This document shows positions 8,136-19,600 of a DNA stretch of 39,022 nt, in pieces; position 1 is the stretch's first letter; each line of letters begins with the position of its first letter. Position numbers and translations under genes: made by a program. The notes under the pieces were generated by a model that worked only from the letters and a program-made list of their open reading frames with translations, searched no databases and was not told the DNA's origin. The stretch is from Acidobacteriota bacterium (GTDB taxonomy: Bacteria; Acidobacteriota; UBA4820; DSQY01), in assembly GCA_049967655.1 (NCBI GenBank), contig JBMFSH010000026.1, positions 1 through 39,022 of the forward strand, given 5' to 3'.

Positions 8136-10493
8136 ATGGACGTCAGGACTCTGCGGGCCCTGGAGTGGGACCGTGTCTTGGCGCTTCTGTCCCTCTGCAC
8201 CGACACGACCGAGGGGCGGCAACGCGCCCTGGCGCGCCAGCCGGGTACCGACATCGAAACGGTCCGGGCGCGCCACGCCCGGGTGGCCGAATGCCTCGCT
8301 GGCGAGTCGCTCTGCGGGCGGCTCTCTTTGGAGGGCTACACCCGCGTGCCCACCCGGCTGCCCGAGGGGCTGGCCTTCCCCATCGAGACCCTCAGGAGCC
8401 TCCGTTCGGCCCTGCGGGTGCTGGATCGCCTTCGCGCCTGGCTGGCCGACACCTCCTGTCCCAAGCCCGCGCTCACGGCCCAACTGCCCTCCCTGGAGGA
8501 GGCCTCCGACTGCCTCCGCCTGCTGGAAAAGACCCTGGACGATAGGGGCGAGGTGGCGGACGGGGCGAGCGACCGCCTCCGGGGCCTCAGGAGGGAGCGG
8601 GAGCGCGCCAGGGGCCAGGTGGCCAGCCGCATGGAGGCCCTGGTGAGGCGGCTCGGCTCCTCCGTCCTTCAAAACGACAACTACACCGTTCGCGGCGGAC
8701 GGCTGGTGCTGCCCGTCCAATCAAGCCGCCGGAGCAGCGTCAAGGGCATCCTGCACGACACCTCCTCCACCGGGGCCACGGCCTTCATCGAGCCCCTCGA
8801 AGTGGTGGATCTCAACAACCGCCTGACGGACCTGGACGCGGAAGAGCGCGAGGAGATCCAGCGCATACTGACGGCCGTCTCCTCACGAATCTCCGCCGGT
8901 TCCCCGGAACTGGAGGCCGCCTTCGACTATCTGGAGGCGCTGGATGTGGATCTCGCCTGCGCCCGCCTGGGCCGCCGGTGCGGTGGCATCCTCCCCCTTC
9001 TCGACGAGGAGGGAAGACTCCTCCTTCGCGGGGCTCGGCACCCGCTCCTCGATGGCGGCCTGGCCGCGCTCCGGCAGGAGGCCTGGGGCGAGGCCGCCGA
9101 GGGCGGCGAGGCCGTCCCCCTGGAGCTCGAACTGCACCTGGAGGGGGAGAAGACGCTGGTCATCAGCGGTCCCAACGCGGGAGGCAAGTCGGTCGCGCTG
9201 AAAACGGTGGGCCTCCTCTGCCTTATGCACCAGGGCGGGATTCCCATCCCCGTGCGGGAGGGGACCAGGCTGCCGGTCTTCCCCTTTATCCACGCCACCG
9301 TCGGGGATTCGCAGTCCATCCTCGATTCCCTCTCCACCTTCTCGGCCCGCATGGTGGGGCTCCGGGATGCCTTGTCCTCCCTTCAGGAGCCCTTCCTGGT
9401 CATCCTGGACGAGCTCGGTTCGGGGACGGACCCCGCCGAGGGCGCGGCCCTGGCGGAGGCCATCCTGCTCCATTTTCACCGCCTCCGCGGATTCACCCTC
9501 TGCAGCACCCACTACGAGTCCCTTAAGGCGAGGGCCCTGGTGACCGACGGCATGACCAACGGCGGGATGGAGTTCGAGGAGACGACCCTTCGGCCCACCT
9601 ACCGCTTCAAGATCGGCCAGGTGGGCGCCAGCCGCGCGTTGGCCGTGGCCGGGCGCTCTGGCCTTCCCGCCGGCCTCCTGACCGAAGCCCGGGCCTTTCT
9701 CCCGGAGGGCGAGAAGCACCTCAGGGAGGTCCTGGAGGCCCTGGAAGGCGAGGTGAGGGCCGTGGAGGCCGAGCGGTCGGAACTGCGCGCGGAAATGGCT
9801 TCTTTGGGCAAATTACGTGAGGAGATGGCCCTCTCCCGGCGGGAGTGGGAAGCGGAGCGGAGGCGGATTCTGGAGGAGCTTCCCCGCCGGATGGAGGCCT
9901 GGCGGGAGGAGTTCCTGGCCGGGCTCAAGGCCGAGGTCAACCGCCAGTCGGTCAAGCGGGTCTCGGTCCAGTCGGCCCGTCGCGTGGCCGAAGTTGTCCA
10001 GTCGCAGCTCGGCCTGGATCCCCTTCCCTACCTGCCCTCCGCCCTGCCGGCCGTGGGGGACCGGGTTAGGCTCCCCCTCTTCGGCCAGACGGGGACCGTC
10101 ACCCAGGTGGACGAGGGGTCGGGCCGCCTCTTGGTGGACTGCAACGGCAAGAGCCTTCAGGTGGGCCGCGCGGATGTCGAGATTCTGCCCAGGGACCGGG
10201 CGCCCGAGCGGCGCGGTCGAGGCGGGGTGGCCCTCTCGACGGGTGACGCCCACTGGGAGATCAACCTCATCGGGCAGACGGTGGCCGAGGCCGAGAGCCA
10301 GCTCGAGCCCTTCCTGGAGCGCGCGGCCATGGCGGGGCTGGGACAGGTGCGCGTCATCCACGGATTGGGGACCGGGCGGCTGAAGGCCGGTGTGCGCGAA
10401 TTTCTCCGCCGGTGCCCGCATGTGGCCTCCTGGGAGGAGGCGCCCCCGGCAGGGGGTGGGGCCGGAGTGACGCTGGTGAGTCTCAAGGATTGA
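8136..10493 (+). CDS. mutS2: Endonuclease MutS2 (Smr domain)
   Basis: N-terminal LRALEWDRV, SSTGATAFIEP, P-loop ISGPNAGGKS, DELGSGTDP, KOW-like segment, Smr domain (VIHGLGTG). Start at ATG 8136. Confidence 0.94.
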   Translation: MDVRTLRALEWDRVLALLSLCTDTTEGRQRALARQPGTDIETVRARHARVAECLAGESLCGRLSLEGYTRVPTRLPEGLAFPIETLRSLRSALRVLDRLRAWLADTSCPKPALTAQLPSLEEASDCLRLLEKTLDDRGEVADGASDRLRGLRRERERARGQVASRMEALVRRLGSSVLQNDNYTVRGGRLVLPVQSSRRSSVKGILHDTSSTGATAFIEPLEVVDLNNRLTDLDAEEREEIQRILTAVSSRISAGSPELEAAFDYLEALDVDLACARLGRRCGGILPLLDEEGRLLLRGARHPLLDGGLAALRQEAWGEAAEGGEAVPLELELHLEGEKTLVISGPNAGGKSVALKTVGLLCLMHQGGIPIPVREGTRLPVFPFIHATVGDSQSILDSLSTFSARMVGLRDALSSLQEPFLVILDELGSGTDPAEGAALAEAILLHFHRLRGFTLCSTHYESLKARALVTDGMTNGGMEFEETTLRPTYRFKIGQVGASRALAVAGRSGLPAGLLTEARAFLPEGEKHLREVLEALEGEVRAVEAERSELRAEMASLGKLREEMALSRREWEAERRRILEELPRRMEAWREEFLAGLKAEVNRQSVKRVSVQSARRVAEVVQSQLGLDPLPYLPSALPAVGDRVRLPLFGQTGTVTQVDEGSGRLLVDCNGKSLQVGRADVEILPRDRAPERRGRGGVALSTGDAHWEINLIGQTVAEAESQLEPFLERAAMAGLGQVRVIHGLGTGRLKAGVREFLRRCPHVASWEEAPPAGGGAGVTLVSLKD

Positions 10494-10529
10494 AGCCCCG
10501 GGAGCCCCACAGGGGCTTCGGTTTGGTTG
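10492..10529 (+). terminator. Hairpin between mutS2 and dnaG (possible partial terminator)
   Basis: GAAGCCCC...GGGGCTTC followed by GGTTTGGTT. Confidence 0.4.
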
Positions 10530-10577
10530 CGCAGCCGGGTGGTGAGCACTACATTACCTCCGGACGTGAGAGGGAGC

Positions 10578-12290
10578 ATGAGCACGGTACACACAATCGA
10601 CGAGCTCAAGAGCCTCATGGATCCGCTCGCCGTCTACCAGGATTACATCCGGCTCACCCGCCGGGGTCATAGGAGCGTGGGACTCTGTCCTTTCCACAAG
10701 GAGAAGACGCCCTCCTTCTCGGTGGATCTCGACAACGGCCTCTTTTACTGTTTCGGCTGCCATAAAGGAGGGGATCTCATCCAGTTCGTTCAGGAGATCG
10801 AATCGTGCTCCTTCAGGGAGGCCGTGGAGCTGCTGGCCCGCAAGGCGGGCGTGGAGCTGGCGCTCGCCGGCCGCGGTCCGGTGCAGGCCCCCGACCGGCG
10901 GGGGCGGCTGCTGGCCCTGCTGGAATCGGCGGCCTCCTACTACCACCGGGCGCTGACGGAGGCGCCCCCGGGCAGCCCCGTCCGCCTCTACCTTCGGAAG
11001 CGCGACATCCGCCCCGAAACGGAGAAGCGACTCCGCCTGGGCTTCGCCCCGCCCGCCGGCGGCTTGGTGCCCCACCTTCGAAGGGAGGGCTTCACACGCG
11101 ACGAGGCCGCGGAGGCCGGGCTCCTTCTCGACAACAGCCGCCGCGCGGCGCTGGAGCGCTTCCGGAACAGGCTTCTCTTCCCCATCCGGGACGCCATGGG
11201 CCGGGTCGTGGGGTTCGGCGGACGGGCCCTGGGCGACGAGGAGCCCAAGTATCTCAACTCGCCCGAGACCCCCCTTTTCAGGAAGCGCGAGATCCTCTAC
11301 GGCCTGGACGAGACCAAGAGCGCCATCCGGGCACAGGAAGAAGCCGTGGTCGTGGAGGGTTATATGGACTTCCTCGCCGTAACCCAGGCTGGCGCGTCCA
11401 ACGCCGTGGCCACCCTGGGAACGGCCCTGGCGGACGGACAGGTCAGGGCGCTGAAACGATACGCCCGACGCGTCGTGCTGAACTTCGACCGGGACCCCGC
11501 GGGCGTGGCCGCGGCGCAGCGAGCCATCCTTCTGCTCCTGGCCGAAGGTCTCCGCATCCGGGTGGTCTCCGTGCCCGACGGCAAGGACCCGGACGAATTC
11601 ATCCGGCATCACGGCGCCCAGGCCTACCACGAACTGGTCGAGAAGGCGGAGCCCTTTTTCGACTTCCTGGTGGGGATGGAAGAGCAGCGCGGACTCACCC
11701 GGGACTCCGCCGGCAAGGTGGCCTTCCTGGATCACCTCACCGATTACCTCTGCGCGGTGCCCGATCCCATCGAGAGGCAGGAGTTGGCCAAGGAGGTGGC
11801 GGGACGGGTGGGAGTGGACCACGGTTTGATCCTGAAGCGGCTTGCGAGGAGGGCCGTGGGCGAGAAGCGAGAGGCTCCGGTCCAGTCGGCCTCGGCCACC
11901 GGCCTTGCCGTCGCCGAACAGGTGCTGGTCAAGAGCCTGCTGGCCTTCCCCGAGCGCGCCGAGCAGTTGCTGAAGTCACTGCCCGATGAGGCCCTGAAGG
12001 GGCTCGCGGCGGGACCGCTCATCGAGAGCCTCCGGCTCACCGGCCGGCCGAGGGGGCCCGAACAGACGGCCCTTTTGGCCATGATTCAGAACGGATGCCA
12101 CGCGGCCGCCTCCGTCGACGATCTGGCGGGAGCGGTGGCTCGAATCTGGAGCGATTACCTCCGGGGCCGACAGCGGCAGATCCAGGAACAGATCAGGGAA
12201 GCCAGTCTGCGAAAGGACCTGGCGCTGGTTCAGATCTTAAACCGAGAGAAGATGGCCGTCATACAACAGATGCAGACGCTGGAGCACTGA
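10578..12290 (+). CDS. dnaG: DNA primase
   Basis: Zinc finger CPFHKEKTPSF...CFGC, FGGR, KYLNSPETPLF, TOPRIM VEGYMD/FDRD, KDPDE. SD GAGGGAG before ATG 10578. Confidence 0.97.
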   Translation: MSTVHTIDELKSLMDPLAVYQDYIRLTRRGHRSVGLCPFHKEKTPSFSVDLDNGLFYCFGCHKGGDLIQFVQEIESCSFREAVELLARKAGVELALAGRGPVQAPDRRGRLLALLESAASYYHRALTEAPPGSPVRLYLRKRDIRPETEKRLRLGFAPPAGGLVPHLRREGFTRDEAAEAGLLLDNSRRAALERFRNRLLFPIRDAMGRVVGFGGRALGDEEPKYLNSPETPLFRKREILYGLDETKSAIRAQEEAVVVEGYMDFLAVTQAGASNAVATLGTALADGQVRALKRYARRVVLNFDRDPAGVAAAQRAILLLLAEGLRIRVVSVPDGKDPDEFIRHHGAQAYHELVEKAEPFFDFLVGMEEQRGLTRDSAGKVAFLDHLTDYLCAVPDPIERQELAKEVAGRVGVDHGLILKRLARRAVGEKREAPVQSASATGLAVAEQVLVKSLLAFPERAEQLLKSLPDEALKGLAAGPLIESLRLTGRPRGPEQTALLAMIQNGCHAAASVDDLAGAVARIWSDYLRGRQRQIQEQIREASLRKDLALVQILNREKMAVIQQMQTLEH

Positions 12291-12335
12291 CGGAAACGAT
12301 CCACTGCGAACCTGAGACCGGGAGACCACCCCAAC

Positions 12336-13997
<1,662 letters not shown>

Positions 13998-14016
13998 TCA
14001 ATCAAGGAGGCGTCTG

Positions 14017-14961
14017 ATGAAAACCACGCGTCTACTGTGCGTGGCTGCGCTGGCCATGCTCTTCTGCTTGAGTTCGTGGGCCCAGCTCAGCAAGGGATTC
14101 CGGGGAAAGGTTCTGGACCGCGACGGGAAGCCCGTGGCGGGAGTCGAGGTCAAGTTCGTGGACGAAGCCAACGCCGGCAACCATTACGAGATCAAGACCG
14201 ATAAAGATGGGACTTTCATTTACACCGGCCTGCCCTATACCGACAAGGGTTACGCCGTAACCGTCCAGCTTCCGGGCTTGCCGCCGGTCACCAAGGTCTC
14301 AAAAGTCAAGATGATGGAGATCACCGACCTCGTTTTCGACATGCGCAAGGACATCATTGTTCAGAAAGCCCAGGCCAATCCAGCCGGGGAAGCCAAGAAC
14401 CTCTTCGACATGGGGGACTACGAAGGGGCGGCTGCCAAGGCCGATGAGGCCATCAAGGCGGGCGGCGAGGATGTGAAGGCGGCCATGCTCATCAAGGCCA
14501 CCTCCCTGGCGCGCCTGGACCGGACCGACGAGGCGATCACGGCTTTCGAGGCCTACAACCAGGCCTACCCCGGCAACGTCGAGGTACTGGGTGAGCTCTC
14601 CAAGCTCTACGACAAGAAGGGCGACAAGGCCAAGGCCGAAGAATACAAAAAGGAGTTCGCGGCGAAGGGCGGTAAGATCACCGGCGCCACCTACAACAGC
14701 GGCGTGGAGGCCCTGAACAAGGGCGACTACGAGAAGGCGGCGGGGTTCTTTGAGAAGGCCATCCAGGAAGACCCCAAGGACGCCGACTCCCACCGCGAGC
14801 TGGCGCGCTGCCTGGTGCAGTTGGGCAAGTACCAGGAGACCATCGACCAGCTCAACATCTACTTGAAAATGAAGCCCGATGCCTCGGACGCCGGGGTGTG
14901 GAAACAGGCCATCGCCGGCCTTCAGACCATGATGAAGTCCCAGAACGACCAAAAGAAGTAG
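14017..14961 (+). CDS. Exported protein with carboxypeptidase-regulatory-like domain and TPR repeats
   Basis: Signal peptide, GKVLDRDGKPVAGVEV...KTDKDGTF beta-sandwich motif, then TPR helices. SD AAGGAGG. Confidence 0.85.
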   Translation: MKTTRLLCVAALAMLFCLSSWAQLSKGFRGKVLDRDGKPVAGVEVKFVDEANAGNHYEIKTDKDGTFIYTGLPYTDKGYAVTVQLPGLPPVTKVSKVKMMEITDLVFDMRKDIIVQKAQANPAGEAKNLFDMGDYEGAAAKADEAIKAGGEDVKAAMLIKATSLARLDRTDEAITAFEAYNQAYPGNVEVLGELSKLYDKKGDKAKAEEYKKEFAAKGGKITGATYNSGVEALNKGDYEKAAGFFEKAIQEDPKDADSHRELARCLVQLGKYQETIDQLNIYLKMKPDASDAGVWKQAIAGLQTMMKSQNDQKK

Positions 14962-15009
14962 GTGCCTTTCCAGATTGTTCCCGTGCTCGCGCCAGAATGA
15001 AATGGTGCA

Positions 15010-15044
15010 GGGGGCGGGCCGACCCTTTCGGGACGGCCCGCTCC
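15010..15044 (+). terminator. Hairpin after the TPR gene
   Basis: GGGGCGGGCCGACCC-TTTC-GGGACGGCCCGCTCC, with no clear U tract. Confidence 0.4.
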
Positions 15045-15073
15045 TGACCGCATCGGGCGGCGTCGCTTCCCCC

Positions 15074-15103
15074 TTTACATCCCTGATTTCTTTGTGTTAT
15101 CAT
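15074..15103 (+). promoter_or_regulatory. sigma70 promoter for tRNA-Ile2
   Basis: TTTACA (15074-15079), 18 nt spacer, TG-T-TATCAT (15098-15103). Confidence 0.65.
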
Positions 15104-15119
15104 TTCTTGTGGTACCGTT

Positions 15120-15192
15120 GGGCCCTTAGCTCAGCGGTGAGAGCCACCGGCTCATAACCGGTCGGTCCCAGGTTCGAATCCTGGAGGGCCCA
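15120..15192 (+). tRNA. tRNA with CAT anticodon, most likely tRNA-Ile2 (lysidine-modified)
   Basis: GGGCCCTTAGCTCAG..., anticodon arm ACCGG-CT-CAT-AA-CCGGT, GTTCGAATC. Paired G1-C72 and no triple G-C anticodon stem argue against the initiator. It resembles ileX-type tRNAs, which also lie downstream of rpoD. The 3' end reads ACCG, so CCA is not fully encoded. Confidence 0.9.
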
Positions 15193-15252
15193 CCGCGAAA
15201 GGGGAGCAGGTGTTTTCGAGGCTTCGTCTTGATTTCGTCCGATTCTTGAATT

Positions 15253-15280
15253 AGGGGTGCACGGGTGCACCCCTTTTTTA
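15253..15280 (+). terminator. Rho-independent terminator after the tRNA
   Basis: AGGGGTGCAC-GG-GTGCACCCCT followed by TTTTTA. Confidence 0.75.
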
Positions 15281-15299
15281 ATTTTGGGGGTCAACTGGA

Positions 15300-16019
15300 G
15301 TGAATGCCATTCTTGAACAGTTGCTCAAGTTGCAAAGGCTGGACATCGCCATCCGGACCCTGGGTCACGACCTCCAACAAATTCCCAAGAAGAGCAAGAT
15401 CATTGACGCGAAGGTCAGCGCCGATCGGGAGCCCTTTGACAAGGGACTGAGCGAGAAGGAGTCGCTGGAGAAGGAGCGCGCCTCCCTGGATCAGACCATC
15501 GCCTCCCTGGAGGAGAAGGAGCGCAAGCTCAAGCTTCGGATGCCCGAGATCCGCTCCAATGAAGAGTACAGCGCCCTCCTGAAGGAAATGGACGCCGCCA
15601 AGAAGGAGCGCGAGCGGGCGGAAGACCAGGCTTTGAAGGACGGGGAGCGTCTCGATGAGCTCGGCAAGATCCTGCCCGAGCTGGAACAGAAGTACAAGGA
15701 GAGCGAGGCCCGCGTGGCCGAGGAGCGCAAGGCCCTCAAATCGGAGGCGGACCGCCTCTCCGCGGAGCTGCTGACCCTCCAGAAGGAGCGCCAGACCCTC
15801 CAGGGGGCCATCAAGGCCGGCTGGTTCAACAAGTACACCCACATCGCGGCCCAGAGGAACGGGCTGGCGGTGGTGGCCGTCCGGAGCGGCACGTGCCAGG
15901 GCTGCTTCATCAGCGTCCGGCCCAAGCTCATACAGGATCTCCACTACGGCGAGGAGGTGGTCTTCTGCGAAGGGTGCCAGAGGATCCTGTACCTCGATGA
16001 TGCCTCCGCGAAGGCTTAA
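15300..16019 (+). CDS. Coiled-coil protein with C4-type zinc ribbon (DUF164/zf-RING_7, HP0958/CT398-like)
   Basis: LLKLQRLD N-terminus, long coiled coil with NEEYSALLKEM, C-terminal CQGC...CEGCQRILY. Confidence 0.9.
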   Translation: MNAILEQLLKLQRLDIAIRTLGHDLQQIPKKSKIIDAKVSADREPFDKGLSEKESLEKERASLDQTIASLEEKERKLKLRMPEIRSNEEYSALLKEMDAAKKERERAEDQALKDGERLDELGKILPELEQKYKESEARVAEERKALKSEADRLSAELLTLQKERQTLQGAIKAGWFNKYTHIAAQRNGLAVVAVRSGTCQGCFISVRPKLIQDLHYGEEVVFCEGCQRILYLDDASAKA

Positions 16020-18915
16020 CGCGACCATTCTTGCCTGCCTGATCCTCCTCGGGGCCTTGCCGGCGCTGGCCGGGGAGCCCGAGGACTTCCGGGTTGTACA
16101 ATCGCTCGTCAAGGAAGGCGCTCTCCAGACCGCTCTCGTCCAGGGACAGCAGTACCTCAAGGCTTACCCCCAGGGGAGGCACCGGGCTGAGGTGAGCGGC
16201 TGGGTGGGCCATCTCCTGGCCGCCCAGGGGGACTGGGGAGCGGCTCTGCCGCTTCTGGACGCCGCCTTCGCCGGGCTCCCCCCCAAGGAGCGGGCGGGGC
16301 TGGCGATGGATCTCGCCCAGGCCCGGCTCAATGCCGGAAGGCCGCAGGAGGCGCTCCAGGCGCTGGTCGGCTACCAGGCCGCGAACGGCGCCGACTGGGA
16401 CAACGCCCACCGCATCGAGGCCAAGGCCTATTCGCTGCTGGGCCAGAACGAGCAGGCCGCCCAGATGCTCCAGGCCATCCCGGAGGCCCGGCGGACGGAC
16501 GCCGACCGGCTCCGCCTGGCGGCCCTCTCCTCCGAACTCGGACACGACGCCGAGGCGGTGAAGCTCCTGGACACCTCGCTTGCCGGCGCTTCCACCCCGC
16601 AGGAGACGAGGCGCCTCATCCTGGCCCTGGCCTCGTCCCAGTACAGGCTGAAGGCCTACGACCAGGCCCTCAAAACCCTCCAGCCGCTGGTGGCATCGAA
16701 AGATGAAGAGGCCACCCTTCTGCAGGCCTGGGTCCTCCACGCCCAGGGTGAGGATGCGCAGGCCTACGACGCGGTCCGCGGCATTCTGCCGCTGGAGGAC
16801 TGGGAAGCGGCCGCGGCTCTCGTTCCCGTGGAATCGGCGGCGGCCCGAAGGGACGCCGCTGCGGTCATCGCGGGAGTTAAGGCCTACCTTCAGCAGTTTC
16901 CAAAGGGCGAAGGGGCGGCGCAGGCCCACCTCCTATCCGCGCGGGCCCAGGAGTGGCGCCGCAATGGCCCAGCCGCCATGGACGATCTGGCGGCGGCCTA
17001 CCCCGATCTCTCGGACCCTCTCCAGCAGACCAAGGTGGCCCTTGAAGCGGCGAATATCGCTTGGTCTGTCATCCGCAGTCCGGAGCTCGCTGGCCGCTGG
17101 CTCAAGGAGGCCGACAAGGTGGCCCCCTCCGACGCATCGCGAGCCCAAGTCCTCCTGGCGCGAGGACGTCTCCAGTGGGAGCAGGGGAGGACGAATGACG
17201 CCGTGGCGACCCTCTCCGACCTGATCACGACCTTCCCCTCGGCGGGCGTCGTGCCCGATGCCGATCTCCTGCTGGCCCGAATTTACACGGACCAGGGCGA
17301 TCCGGATCGGGCGACGCAGCTCCTCCAATCGGTCCTCAACGGCTACCCCGGCACGCCCGCCTTCGCGCGGGCGGCCCTCCTCCTGGGCGAATCGTTCGCC
17401 GCGGAGGGGCGGGAGGATCAACTGGGACCGGTGCTCGCCCAACTCGGGCGGGTGCCGCTCGATCCCGAAGAGACCGCTCGAAGAGCGAGGCTCGCCGGCC
17501 TGCTTGCCCTGAGCAAGGGCCAGTGGGAGACGGCCCAGCGCGAGTTCGCCGAATCGGTGCCGACCCGCACGCAGGGAAGCACGGCCGAAGAGGCTCTCTT
17601 TCGGATGGGGCTGGCCGATCTTGGGGCGGGACAGGTGGCGGCTGCCCTGAAGACGGCGGAGCGCCTCTCCGACCCTTCCCTGGCCGATGCGCTCCGGTTC
17701 CGATCGGCCTCGGCCCTGGACACCAGCGGGGAGCACCTCAAGGCTTGGAAGCTGTGGTCCGAGCTTGCGCAGGGGCCGCAGGAGGCCTTAGCCCTCTGGG
17801 AGCTGGCCGACAGCCAGATTCGCCACGGCGCCCCCGCGCCCGGCCTGTCCACTCTCCAAAAGCTTGCGGTTCTCCAGGGAGCCGGCCCACTGGCCATCCT
17901 GGCCCAGCACCGCCTGGAGATGATCCTCTTGGCACAGCAGGGGCCCGAGGCGGCCCTGATGGCCATACCGGCGTTTCGGGCGGCGGAACCCACCAATCCG
18001 GGCCAGGCGGCGGCGCTGCTCAGGTCGGCCCGGATCAAGGCTCGCTCCAAGGACGCGGCCGACGCCGAAAGGGACTACGAGGAATACCTCCATCGATTTC
18101 CCGGCGGGTCTGGCGGTGAGGAGGCCGCGTTCTACTTGGCCGAGCGCGATGCCGCGCGCTCCGACTGGCCCGCCGTGAAGCGGCTCCTCTCCGGCGCCGC
18201 CTCGAACGCGCAAGCACAGTTCCTGCTGGGGCAAGCGGAGTACCGGATGCGAGACACCGCCGCCGCCCTGGCCACGCTGGAACGGGTTCTGAGTTCTCCC
18301 GGTGGGCTGTCCACGGAGGAGATCAACCAAGCCCAGCTCCTGGCGGGCAAATCGGCGCAGGCCGAAGGCAACGCGGAGGCGGCCGCCGCCCATCTGGCCG
18401 CGTACGGAGAGGCGGAACCCGTCTCCGAGAGCAGCAAGGACGACCTCATGAACGCCGCCCTCTTCCTTCAGCACCAGGGGAAGTACGAGGAGGCAGCGAA
18501 GATCCTCCAGAGGCTGGGGGCCGTCTTCCAGGACGCCTCCATCGGCTTCCAGTACGCCTACACCCTCGAGCTCTGGGGTAAACTCGACGAGGCTCTCAGC
18601 GCCTATCTCCACGTCGCCTTCGCTTCGGCCAATCCGCAGTGGGCGCTCACGGCCCGCTACCGGGCGGCGGAGCTCATGCTCTCGCTGGGCCGGCGCCAGG
18701 ACGCCATCAGCATCTACAAGCAGCTGGCGGCCCGCACCAAGGGCACCGTCCAGGGAGATTACGCCGAGCGCAGACTGGAGGAGCTGGAGGGGCCATCGCC
18801 GCCGAAGGCCGCCTCCCAGGGGCAGCCGCCCGTTCTGGAAGGCCCAGACTCCCAGTCACCGCCGGCCCATCCGAGCCCCCCAAAGCCCGCGAAGAAAGGG
18901 AAAGGCACTCCATGA
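15997..18915 (+). CDS. Large exported tetratricopeptide-repeat protein
   Basis: Signal peptide (ILACLILLGALPALA), many TPR-like helical repeats with YLxxYP/FPxG motifs, Pro-rich tail. Confidence 0.8.
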   Translation: MMPPRRLNATILACLILLGALPALAGEPEDFRVVQSLVKEGALQTALVQGQQYLKAYPQGRHRAEVSGWVGHLLAAQGDWGAALPLLDAAFAGLPPKERAGLAMDLAQARLNAGRPQEALQALVGYQAANGADWDNAHRIEAKAYSLLGQNEQAAQMLQAIPEARRTDADRLRLAALSSELGHDAEAVKLLDTSLAGASTPQETRRLILALASSQYRLKAYDQALKTLQPLVASKDEEATLLQAWVLHAQGEDAQAYDAVRGILPLEDWEAAAALVPVESAAARRDAAAVIAGVKAYLQQFPKGEGAAQAHLLSARAQEWRRNGPAAMDDLAAAYPDLSDPLQQTKVALEAANIAWSVIRSPELAGRWLKEADKVAPSDASRAQVLLARGRLQWEQGRTNDAVATLSDLITTFPSAGVVPDADLLLARIYTDQGDPDRATQLLQSVLNGYPGTPAFARAALLLGESFAAEGREDQLGPVLAQLGRVPLDPEETARRARLAGLLALSKGQWETAQREFAESVPTRTQGSTAEEALFRMGLADLGAGQVAAALKTAERLSDPSLADALRFRSASALDTSGEHLKAWKLWSELAQGPQEALALWELADSQIRHGAPAPGLSTLQKLAVLQGAGPLAILAQHRLEMILLAQQGPEAALMAIPAFRAAEPTNPGQAAALLRSARIKARSKDAADAERDYEEYLHRFPGGSGGEEAAFYLAERDAARSDWPAVKRLLSGAASNAQAQFLLGQAEYRMRDTAAALATLERVLSSPGGLSTEEINQAQLLAGKSAQAEGNAEAAAAHLAAYGEAEPVSESSKDDLMNAALFLQHQGKYEEAAKILQRLGAVFQDASIGFQYAYTLELWGKLDEALSAYLHVAFASANPQWALTARYRAAELMLSLGRRQDAISIYKQLAARTKGTVQGDYAERRLEELEGPSPPKAASQGQPPVLEGPDSQSPPAHPSPPKPAKKGKGTP

Positions 18916-19472
18916 GACTGCCCCCGCCCCTCATCGAGCTCATCTCCCGAAGGGCCCTTCAGTCGCTGGCCGCCCGGGGGATCATCGCCAGCGACCATCC
19001 CGACCGTACGGCCGAAAAGGTCGCCCGCCTGATCTCGGCAGACCTGTCGGTGGAGGACGAGATCACCGAGGAGGCCCGCCTTCTCCTGGCCGAGCACCAG
19101 GCGAAGATCAAAGGAGGGGACCTGGAGTACCACCAGCTCATTGCCAGGGCCAAGGGCCAGATCGCCCAACGCCGCCGGTACCTCCTCTCCACCGGTCCGG
19201 GAAGGCTCTCCAGGGAGAAGCTGCGCGACCTCGCCGGGAAGATCTTCGACCTGCTCATGGGGGACCCGGACGTGGAGTACTTCGTCAAGGACCAGGAGCT
19301 GAGAAGCCAGGTCCTGCGCGCCCTGGAAATGGAGCTCGCCAAGGACGCCGCGCGAGAGGTGCGGGCCCGGCAGAAGGTCCTCAACATCAAGCGCCGCATC
19401 CCCGAGGACTCCCCCGAGTTCCACGCCCTCTTCCAGCAGTTCTACCGAGAGCTGCTCGACAAGGAAGGATGA
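18912..19472 (+). CDS. DUF507 family protein (two internal half-repeats)
   Basis: MRLPPPLIELIS...EDEITEEARLLL and second half RLSREKLRDLA...REVRARQKV...IPEDSPEF. ATGA overlap with the TPR gene stop. Confidence 0.75.
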   Translation: MRLPPPLIELISRRALQSLAARGIIASDHPDRTAEKVARLISADLSVEDEITEEARLLLAEHQAKIKGGDLEYHQLIARAKGQIAQRRRYLLSTGPGRLSREKLRDLAGKIFDLLMGDPDVEYFVKDQELRSQVLRALEMELAKDAAREVRARQKVLNIKRRIPEDSPEFHALFQQFYRELLDKEG

Positions 19473-19567
19473 GGAGGCCGGGGAGCGAAGAACTGTCGGG
19501 GGCTCCGGGGCTCCCTCGTCCTCGGCTCCTTTCGTTCAGCACCCCCACTCTCCGCTCTTATCCGCCG

Positions 19568-19576
19568 TGGTATACT
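19568..19576 (+). promoter_or_regulatory. Extended -10 promoter
   Basis: TG-G-TATACT, 24 nt upstream of ATG 19601. Confidence 0.55.
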
Positions 19577-19600
19577 TCGGCACTGCACGAGGGGTGAACC

